A DNA stretch of 64,000 nt from Myxococcota bacterium (GTDB lineage: Bacteria > Myxococcota_A > Polyangia > Nannocystales > Nannocystaceae): assembly GCA_039028615.1 (NCBI GenBank), contig JBCCHT010000033.1, positions 64,001 through 128,000 of the forward strand, given 5' to 3'. The position numbers and the translations under genes were made by a program. The notes beneath the pieces are model-generated. The model searched no databases and was not told where the DNA came from. It saw only the letters and a program-made list of their open reading frames with translations. Position 1 is the stretch's first letter, and the number at the start of each line of letters is the position of its first letter. Positions 56,946-64,000 of this stretch are shown in pieces.

Positions 56946-59000
56946 GTGACGCCCCCCATGAACGCCCCGGAGATCGAGTCACGCCTGCACGACTACAGCC
57001 GTGACGAGCTGGTCGAGCTGGTCACCCGCGCCAACGCCGAATACTGGGACACCCACAATCCCAGCCTGCCCGACACGCTCTACGACCGTCTCGTCGAGCG
57101 GCTGCGCGACCTCGATCCCGACGCGCCGATCTTGCAGAGCATGGGCCCCTCGGCCCCTAGCGGCCCCACCATCGACGCGGACGAGGTCGTGCGCCTCGAC
57201 CCCACCGAACGCTTCGGCACCGCGGTCCGGCACACCCGCCCCATGCTCTCGCTGGACAAGGCCTACTCGGCCGAAGAGGTCTCCAGCTGGGCCGAGAAGT
57301 TCGAGGGCGACATGATCGTGATGCCCAAGCTCGACGGCATCGCGTGCAGCATCCGCTACGACGCCGAGGGCCGGCTCGAGCTGGCCGCCACCCGCGGCTC
57401 GGGCACCGAGGGCGAGGACATCACCGCCAACGTGCTGCAGATCGAGTGCGTGCCGTCGAAGCTCCCGGCCGGCGTCGGCCCGCTCGAGGTCCGCGGCGAG
57501 ATCTACATGAAGCTGTCGGTCTTCGAGCGCTTCAAGGGCGAGTTCTCCAACCCCCGCAACCTCACCGCGGGCGCCGTGCGCAACAAGGACCAAGCCAAGG
57601 CCAAGCGCTTCGGACTGAGCTTCGGCGCCTACGACCTGCTCGAGCCGGGCCTCGCCAGCGAGCGCGACAAGATGGACCGCATGAAGGCCTTGAGCCTCCC
57701 CGCGGTCGACCACCACTTCGTCGACCGCGAGGGCATCGCGGAGATCTTCGAACGCTTCTCTCGCGAGCGCCCCGACCTCGACTACGAGATCGACGGCATC
57801 GTCTACCGCACCGACCGGGTCGACGAGCAAGAGCGCATGGGCTCCACCGCCCATCACCCGCGCTTCGCCATCGCCTTCAAGTTCCAGGGCGACACGGGCG
57901 AGACCACGCTGCACGACGTCGAGTGGGGCGTGTCGCGAACGGGCACCATTACCCCCATGGCCATGCTGGAGCCGATCGAGCTTTCCGGGGCCATGATCTC
58001 CCGCGCGGGGCTGCACAACCTCACCCGCTTTCGCGCCCTGGGCCTGACCCGCGGCGCCCGGGCCGAGGTCACCCGCCGCGGCGGCGTCATTCCCCACGTC
58101 GAGCGCGTGGTGAAGGCCGGCCCCGGCAAAGAAGCCTTCGAGATCCCCACCCACTGCCCCGCCTGCGACAGCGAGGTGGTCGTGAGGCAGAAGCGCGATG
58201 GCGAGTTCTTGCAGTGCGCCAAGCCGGAGAAGTGCACCGTGGCCCGCCTGCGCGAGCTGGAGCACTTCGCCAAGGTCGTCGACATCCAGGGCTTCGGCCC
58301 CAAGATCATCACCGCGGTGGTCGACGCGGGCCTGCTCCAGACCTCGGCCGACTTCTATCGGCTGAAGCTCGGCGACCTCGTGCAGCTCGAGCGCCTGGCC
58401 GAAAAGAGCGCGCAGAACCTGCTCGACCAGGTCGAGGCCCATCGCGAGCTGCCCCTGCCCACCTTCCTCGAGTCGCTGGGCATCGATCACCTGGGGCCTC
58501 AAAATGCACAGCTGGTCGCGGGCGCCTTCGGCAGCCTCGCCGCCGTCCGCACGCTGACCCAAGAGCAGCTGATGGAGGTCAAGGGCATCAAGGAAGCCAT
58601 CGCCGACGCGATCGTCGATGGCCTCGCCGCCCGGGCCGCGACCATCGAAGACCTGCTCACCTTGGTCACCGTGCCCGACCAGGAGATCGTCGCGCCGCCC
58701 GCCGAGGACGACCCCAAGGGCCCGCTCGCCGGTCGTAGCTTCGTGTTCACCGGGACCCTCGAGGGCTTCGATCGCAAGTCGGCCCAGGCCCGCGTCAAGG
58801 CGCTCGGCGGCGAGACCCCCTCCGGGGTCAGCAAGAGCCTCAGCGTGCTCGTGGTGGGCGCGGGTAAGGGCAAGCCCTCGAGCAAGCAGAAGAAGGCCGA
58901 GAAGTTCATCTCCGACGGCGCCAGCCTGGAGATCATCAGCGAGCAAGAGTTCGTGACCATGATGGAGCAGGCCGAGGCCGCTCCCGCGGAGGACGAATGA
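56946..59000 (+). CDS. ligA: NAD-dependent DNA ligase
   Basis: PMLSL, KLDG, ATRG, EVRGE, NPRN, DGIV, SRTG, Zn finger CPAC..C..C, HhH, BRCT VFTGTL. Confidence 0.95.
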   Translation: MTPPMNAPEIESRLHDYSRDELVELVTRANAEYWDTHNPSLPDTLYDRLVERLRDLDPDAPILQSMGPSAPSGPTIDADEVVRLDPTERFGTAVRHTRPMLSLDKAYSAEEVSSWAEKFEGDMIVMPKLDGIACSIRYDAEGRLELAATRGSGTEGEDITANVLQIECVPSKLPAGVGPLEVRGEIYMKLSVFERFKGEFSNPRNLTAGAVRNKDQAKAKRFGLSFGAYDLLEPGLASERDKMDRMKALSLPAVDHHFVDREGIAEIFERFSRERPDLDYEIDGIVYRTDRVDEQERMGSTAHHPRFAIAFKFQGDTGETTLHDVEWGVSRTGTITPMAMLEPIELSGAMISRAGLHNLTRFRALGLTRGARAEVTRRGGVIPHVERVVKAGPGKEAFEIPTHCPACDSEVVVRQKRDGEFLQCAKPEKCTVARLRELEHFAKVVDIQGFGPKIITAVVDAGLLQTSADFYRLKLGDLVQLERLAEKSAQNLLDQVEAHRELPLPTFLESLGIDHLGPQNAQLVAGAFGSLAAVRTLTQEQLMEVKGIKEAIADAIVDGLAARAATIEDLLTLVTVPDQEIVAPPAEDDPKGPLAGRSFVFTGTLEGFDRKSAQARVKALGGETPSGVSKSLSVLVVGAGKGKPSSKQKKAEKFISDGASLEIISEQEFVTMMEQAEAAPAEDE

Positions 59001-59698
59001 GCGACGACAGCACTCCCAGCAAGCTCGACCGCGTGGTCGAGGCCCGCATGAAGCTCCGCGCCCGCTTCGAGGCCAAGATGGCGGCGACCGCCAGCGTGGC
59101 CGACGAGCGACCCATGGGCGAGGGCGAGCCCAACCGCCACGGCATGCCCAAGCTGCCGCCAGGGCAGTACCTCACGGAAAAGTGGCCCGTGCTCGATCTG
59201 GGCAGCAAGCCGCAGATCCCCACCGAGCAGTGGACGCTCGAGGTCGACGGTGAGGTGCAAGAGCCGCTGAAGCTTCACTGGGCCGAGCTCAACGCCCTGC
59301 CGCAGGTCACCGAGGCCAGCGACTTCCACTGCGTCACCACCTGGTCGCGCATGGACATGACCTGGACCGGCGTGCGGCTGGCCGAGGTGCTCGCCCGGGC
59401 CCAGCCCACCGACGCCGCCCGCTTCGTGTTCTTCCACGGCTACGACGGCTACACCACCAACCTCCCGCTCGAAGAGGCGCTCAAGAGCGACGTACTTTTG
59501 GGGCACACCGTCGACGGCGGCCCGCTCCCGCCCGAGCACGGCGGCCCGGTGCGGGTGATCACCCCGCAGCTGTACGCGTGGAAGGGCACCAAGTGGGTCA
59601 AGCGCATCGAGGTGCTCACCGAAGACCGGCTGGGTTTCTGGGAGCAGCGCGGCTACTCGAACACCGCACTGCCCTGGCGCAACGATCGCTACAGCTGA
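58997..59698 (+). CDS. Molybdopterin-dependent (sulfite oxidase-like) oxidoreductase
   Basis: LPPGQ, DFHCVTTWS, EHGGPVR, YAWKGTKW, GFWEQRGY. Confidence 0.9.
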   Translation: MSDDSTPSKLDRVVEARMKLRARFEAKMAATASVADERPMGEGEPNRHGMPKLPPGQYLTEKWPVLDLGSKPQIPTEQWTLEVDGEVQEPLKLHWAELNALPQVTEASDFHCVTTWSRMDMTWTGVRLAEVLARAQPTDAARFVFFHGYDGYTTNLPLEEALKSDVLLGHTVDGGPLPPEHGGPVRVITPQLYAWKGTKWVKRIEVLTEDRLGFWEQRGYSNTALPWRNDRYS

Positions 59699-59710
59699 AA
59701 GCGCCGAGCC

Positions 59711-60157
59711 ATGCCCCGCCGCCCGCACGACTGTCGCCCCAACCACGGGCCCGGCCACGTCTCGAGCCAGGGCGGCAATATCGAGATCGCCGCGGGGGCC
59801 AAGGTCGAGGTCGCCCGCGGCGGACGACTCGACGTCGCCCGGGGCGGTCGCATCGAGCTCGACAAGGCGGCCAAGCTCTCGGTCGACGACGGCGGGTTGG
59901 TGGAGGTCGAACCCGGGGCGAGCATCGTCATGGGCCAGGCCTCGTCGATCTCCGTGTCCCGCAATGCGCGACTCATCGTGCGCGAAGACGGCCACATCGA
60001 GCTGCGCAAGGGCGGGAAGATCGTGATCTCCTCCCGAGGTGAGCTGGTGGTGGCCAGCGGCAGCACGGTGGTGGTGGCCATGAGCGGAACGCTCGACGTC
60101 GCCAGCGAAGCGGCGGTGCAGCTGCAGGGCGACGAGCCCGAGCCCGACTCGCGTTGA
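59711..60157 (+). CDS. Small octapeptide-repeat beta-solenoid protein
   Basis: About 15 tandem 8-residue units (GGNIEIAA GAKVEVAR GGRLDVAR GGRIELDK...). Confidence 0.65.
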   Translation: MPRRPHDCRPNHGPGHVSSQGGNIEIAAGAKVEVARGGRLDVARGGRIELDKAAKLSVDDGGLVEVEPGASIVMGQASSISVSRNARLIVREDGHIELRKGGKIVISSRGELVVASGSTVVVAMSGTLDVASEAAVQLQGDEPEPDSR

Positions 60158-60191
60158 CGAGCCGAGCCCCGGCCTGGTACGCCCATCGACG

Positions 60192-61298
60192 ATGTCTCGC
60201 GTCGGGTTGGTCACGGTCGGATTGAGCGTAGTTCTGTCGCTGGCGTGCGATCGCGGCGGAGGCGACAAAGCCGAGGCGAGCAAGGACGAAGCGGCCAAGA
60301 AGGACGACTTCATCAAGAAGGCCGACGACGCCAAGGCCGAGGCGAAGACCGACGCCAAGGACGACTCGGGCGTGACCCCGGTGGTGCTCGAGAAGAGCCA
60401 GACCCTGCAGCACCGCCCCGAGCCGACCGACGCCAAGGTCGAGCAGAAAACCGGCGACGCCAAGGCCCCCGTCGAGCCCGCGCCTCCCGTTCCGCCCGCG
60501 CCCCAGAGCAAGCCCGACCCGAAGGTCGTCACCCTGTCCGCGCCGCCCTTCGGCTACACGCTCGTGCGCGAGGCCCCGGTGTCGTCGACCGGTCCGCAGC
60601 CCAAGCTGAAGCGCACCTCGGCCAAGCGCAACGCGGTCACCGACGTGGATGCATGGTTCGCGTCCGTCGGACTGTCCCTGCCCGTCATCTCCAGCGCGAG
60701 ACCCGGTGGCCCCCCCTCCCCGAGCCTACCCGAGACGATCCCCGACGAGTTCCTGGGCGAAGCGTTCGTCACCGCGCTGAGCGATCCCGGTGGTCATACG
60801 ATCTCGTTCTACGGCCGCGGCAAGCACCTCGCCGTGGTCCGAGACTCCAAAGGTGACAGCCTCGGCGCCTTCGACTTCACCGCCTTCGAACACAGCCCCA
60901 AGGACGTCCCGGCCGATCGAGGCTTCACCAGTCAAGAGCCCGTGTGGGCCCAGGTCTCCGATGGCGTGCTCTACGTCTGCACCGGGCACCGCACCTACGC
61001 CAAGAGCTCGGGCGGGCTCACGGCCTTCGTCACCGCCCTCGAGCTTCCCACGGGCGAGCTGCTGTGGCAGAGCGACCCGCTGGTGTGCAACTCCCGGAAC
61101 TTCCTGCTCGACGATGGCTGGCTCATCACGGGCTATGGCTTCACCGCCGAACCCGACTTCATCTACGTGCTCGACATGAAGACGGGCAAGACGGTGAGCA
61201 AGCAGAAACTCGAGAGCGGCCCGGACGTCTTCCTGCGCAAGGACGACACGCTGTACGTGCGGACCTACAACCGCGACTACGAGTTCACGGTGAGATGA
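60192..61298 (+). CDS. Lipoprotein with C-terminal PQQ-like beta-propeller blades
   Basis: Lipobox SLAC; ALELPTGELLWQS, VLDMKTGK. Confidence 0.7.
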   Translation: MSRVGLVTVGLSVVLSLACDRGGGDKAEASKDEAAKKDDFIKKADDAKAEAKTDAKDDSGVTPVVLEKSQTLQHRPEPTDAKVEQKTGDAKAPVEPAPPVPPAPQSKPDPKVVTLSAPPFGYTLVREAPVSSTGPQPKLKRTSAKRNAVTDVDAWFASVGLSLPVISSARPGGPPSPSLPETIPDEFLGEAFVTALSDPGGHTISFYGRGKHLAVVRDSKGDSLGAFDFTAFEHSPKDVPADRGFTSQEPVWAQVSDGVLYVCTGHRTYAKSSGGLTAFVTALELPTGELLWQSDPLVCNSRNFLLDDGWLITGYGFTAEPDFIYVLDMKTGKTVSKQKLESGPDVFLRKDDTLYVRTYNRDYEFTVR

Positions 61299-61301
61299 GC
61301 T

Positions 61302-61706
61302 CTAGCCGAGGAACAGGGTCAGGAACGGCACGAAGGCGATCAGCGCGAAGATGCTGATCGCGCCGAGCATCAGCGAGCCCTTGACCCGGAAGACGATGGC
61401 CAGCCAGCGCAGGCTTCGTTCGATGAACTGAAAGTCCTGACCCGCGGCGGCGCGACGAATGCCCGAGATGTGGCGACCGGCCTGCAACACGACGAAGGCG
61501 AAGGCCGCCAAGCCGAGGTAGTAGATGAGCGCGGGCCACTCGAACCTCTCGAGCAGCGCGGTGGCCTGAAGCGCCGCGGCGACGATACCCACGATGCCAG
61601 CCCGCACCATCCACGTGCTGGCCTCGGCGATGGCGTCGCGCTCCTCGTCGTCGAGGGTGAGGCGGGTGTGGTCTTCGACTTCTCGATAGGGGGTTTGGGT
61701 CTGCAT
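61302..61706 (-). CDS. Membrane protein (DUF5362-like)
   Basis: 3 TM; AIAEASTWMVRAGIVG...LQAGRH pattern. Confidence 0.55.
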   Translation of the reverse strand: MQTQTPYREVEDHTRLTLDDEERDAIAEASTWMVRAGIVGIVAAALQATALLERFEWPALIYYLGLAAFAFVVLQAGRHISGIRRAAAGQDFQFIERSLRWLAIVFRVKGSLMLGAISIFALIAFVPFLTLFLG

Positions 61707-61712
61707 GGCGGC

Positions 61713-62114
61713 TCAGCTCCCCCAGCGCACGAACACGGGAACGAGGACGAAGACCGCGGCGACGCAGTCGTACATGAACACTCGGGCCAGCCGCGTGAAG
61801 CCGAGCATGAGGCGCTCGTGGGCTTCGTCGGGGTCGTCATCGGCCGCGGCCTTGAAGTGCTCCGCGCTGGCCTGAATCAACAAACCCTGGCGGAAGAAGA
61901 TCACGACCCCGGCCAGCTGCGCGACGGCGACGATCTGCAAGACACCGAATGTTTCAGAGAGCAGACCGAGCAGGCCGAGGCCCAAAAACAGCGAGGCGAG
62001 ACCGCCGATCGCGGCCTGGATGTAGCCGACGATCAGCATCCATTTGGCGATCGTCCGAGCCGAGGCCGCGAGGCCGGCCGACAACGGTATTCGCGTCGAG
62101 CGAGCAGCATCCAT
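61713..62114 (-). CDS. Membrane protein (DUF5362-like), paralogue of neighbour
   Basis: IAKWMLIVG...LIQASAEHFKAA...GFTRLARVF; TAGAGT 7 nt before ATG 62114. Confidence 0.55.
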   Translation of the reverse strand: MDAARSTRIPLSAGLAASARTIAKWMLIVGYIQAAIGGLASLFLGLGLLGLLSETFGVLQIVAVAQLAGVVIFFRQGLLIQASAEHFKAAADDDPDEAHERLMLGFTRLARVFMYDCVAAVFVLVPVFVRWGS

Positions 62115-62149
62115 CGCTTCGACTCTAGCACCCGAGATCGCCACGGCAC

Positions 62150-62728
62150 CTACGCTCGCCCGACGGCTCGATAGCCGATCGCCGGATCACACGACACGAG
62201 CGTGTCCTCGAACGCGACCAACGCCTGTCGAAGCTCGTTGCGCCAGCGCGCGGTGGCCATGACCGTGGGCTCGGCCGTCAACATGGCGCGCACCGGATCG
62301 ATCGCCCCACGATGCAGCTCGAGATACGCGTGCGCCATGGGCGAGACCTCGTCGACGTCGTGGGTCCAGTCCCACACCAGTCGCTGCCCTTCGTCGCCAT
62401 CGTGGGCGAGGCACTGCCGCACCGTTCGCGCGGAGTCGATGAGCTGGGCGACCTCGCGGCGAAGCTGCGGATCGAGATGCTCGAGCTTCGGCTCCGGCCA
62501 CACGGGACGGTTTTCAGCGACGGGGCTCACCGACATCCATCGCCACGCCCACGGTGCACTCATGCCCATGAGCACCACCCATAGGAGCGGCAAGATGAAC
62601 GGCCCCACGTAGAAACCGGACGACGAGTACAGAGGCAGGGTGGCAAAAGCCATGACGAGCAGCCCGGTAGCGGCGGCCCACAGGGCCATCAGCATCACCG
62701 AGCGCCCGCAAATGCGGAGCGGTCCCAT
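62150..62728 (-). CDS. Hypothetical membrane protein
   Basis: Two TM segments then a helical domain; start uncertain. Confidence 0.45.
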   Translation of the reverse strand: MGPLRICGRSVMLMALWAAATGLLVMAFATLPLYSSSGFYVGPFILPLLWVVLMGMSAPWAWRWMSVSPVAENRPVWPEPKLEHLDPQLRREVAQLIDSARTVRQCLAHDGDEGQRLVWDWTHDVDEVSPMAHAYLELHRGAIDPVRAMLTAEPTVMATARWRNELRQALVAFEDTLVSCDPAIGYRAVGRA

Positions 62729-63006
62729 CTGCTTGTTTGGGACACTCGGGGGCGGCACTGGGTTTTCAGTCGCCGAGCCATTGCCGATCCCGCGCGCTTC
62801 GCGTGGTTGTGGTCGGACACGAGGGAGTGCGATCAGCCACGGTGCGGGTCCCTTGCCGCACGGGCCGAACGTCGACCATCGGCCTCGCCGCGGCGATCTG
62901 AGCCGGCCCCGCCTTCGGCGCCCATCCATCCCATCGCGGGGTCTCCTCATCTGCCGCTTGCTGGCGTCCCGAGGCGGGACCTCGTACGATTCGGGACGAG
63001 GGCTCC

Positions 63007-63924
63007 GTGCCCGCACCCGGCATGCCCCTGCCTCTTCCCAAGCCCGACCGCCGGCCCCGCCGCCGGGTCGAACCGCGTCCCACGGTGCTGCGCGAGCCGC
63101 CGCAGCGCACGTATTCGTTCGATCCCAACGCTGCGCGAGCAGCGTGGCGCCAGGTTGCCCGCACCCGGGGCGCCCAGGGCATGCGTCTGGACGGTCGCGA
63201 CGGCGGCAATCGCCTCGCCCCCATCGCGCTGGGCCTCGTGCTCGCGGTGGGTCTCGGCCTTTGGTGGAGCAGCGACGACGACCCCGCGCCCGCCGCAAAG
63301 GACAACGCGGTCGTGGCCACCGACGCCGGGAACTCGCAGTCCGATCCCCGCGCCTTTGGAGGGTCGGGCGACGAGCGCGGAGCCGAAGGCCTCGCCGCCA
63401 CGCCCGAAAACGGCATCGTGCCGCCGACCTTCGCCGACTACGACGACGGCAGCGAGCCCAACCCGCTGCCCCCGTCCCTGCCCGTCTCCACCATCGCGCT
63501 CCCGCCGGGCACCTCGGCCGACAATGCGCTCGCGCTCCGCAAGCTGCCCCACAGCGTGCACGACCGGACCCCGGTCGGCGGCATCGGGGCCGAGGGCCTG
63601 CACGTCGATCGCATCACCATGGGCACCTCCTACGAGCGCCGGGCGTGCTCGGGCCCCGTGGGCAAGTTCTCGATCGAGACCGACGGCTTCGCCAACGTCT
63701 GCTTCCGCGCCGTGCATCGCCGCGTGGCGCAGCGGGTCGTCGTGCGCTGGGAGCAGGACGGCAAGCTCCGCCGCCGCACCTTCGTCAACATCGCCGACGG
63801 CCACGCCCACCGCACCAGGGCCGCGCTGGCCCTGCGACGCAAGTACGAGGGCAACTGGACGGTCCGCATCATGTCCCCCGACGGGGTCGAGCTGGCCTCC
63901 CAGTCGTTCACGGTCAACCCCTGA
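63007..63924 (+). CDS. Membrane-anchored DUF2914-domain protein
   Basis: TM helix; C-terminal VVRW..DG...GNWTVRIMSPDGVELASQSFTV. Confidence 0.7.
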   Translation: MPAPGMPLPLPKPDRRPRRRVEPRPTVLREPPQRTYSFDPNAARAAWRQVARTRGAQGMRLDGRDGGNRLAPIALGLVLAVGLGLWWSSDDDPAPAAKDNAVVATDAGNSQSDPRAFGGSGDERGAEGLAATPENGIVPPTFADYDDGSEPNPLPPSLPVSTIALPPGTSADNALALRKLPHSVHDRTPVGGIGAEGLHVDRITMGTSYERRACSGPVGKFSIETDGFANVCFRAVHRRVAQRVVVRWEQDGKLRRRTFVNIADGHAHRTRAALALRRKYEGNWTVRIMSPDGVELASQSFTVNP

Positions 63925-63925
63925 C

Positions 63926-64000
63926 ATGGCCATCGAGCCCGTCACCGTCGAGATCCCCGTCGCCTGGGGAGACATGGACTCCTTCTCCCATGTCAACAAC
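63926..64000 (+). CDS. Acyl-CoA thioesterase (4HBT/YbgC family), 5' partial
   Basis: MAIEPVTVEIPVAWGDMDSFSHVNN. Confidence 0.85.
   Translation, partial: MAIEPVTVEIPVAWGDMDSFSHVNN

Noticed and set aside
1..64000. tRNA, rRNA, transposase, integrase or prophage genes
   Set aside because: No recognisable signatures by eye; a tRNAscan/ISfinder run would be needed to exclude them fully

Overview
This is a high-GC (roughly 70%) bacterial window with about 50 CDS. The gene content is typically myxobacterial (Nannocystaceae/Plesiocystis-like by inference): two Ser/Thr kinase-TPR proteins each beside a sigma factor, a third ECF/anti-sigma module, about 19 predicted lipoproteins, three di-heme c-type cytochromes and a class I terpene synthase. 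Housekeeping genes include ligA, erpA/iscA and gabD. I saw no rRNA, tRNA, CRISPR array or transposase. The main candidates for new biology are: (1) a three-gene adaptor/toxin/SUKH-immunity module at 50185-53622 whose toxin ends in a non-canonical deaminase-like domain (CAA..AE-x-W..SCxxC); (2) the divergent ~1120-aa unknown protein with a conserved-Cys domain and a strongly structured 5' leader (46323-50110); (3) an OmpA/Ig-like/HExxH metalloprotease translationally coupled to a putative inhibitor lipoprotein (24511-28697); (4) mirror-image ECF promoters at 19640-19732; and (5) a recurring TAnnnT 5-9 nt upstream of start codons, suggesting leaderless transcription. All family calls come from motif recognition by eye, not from database searches.
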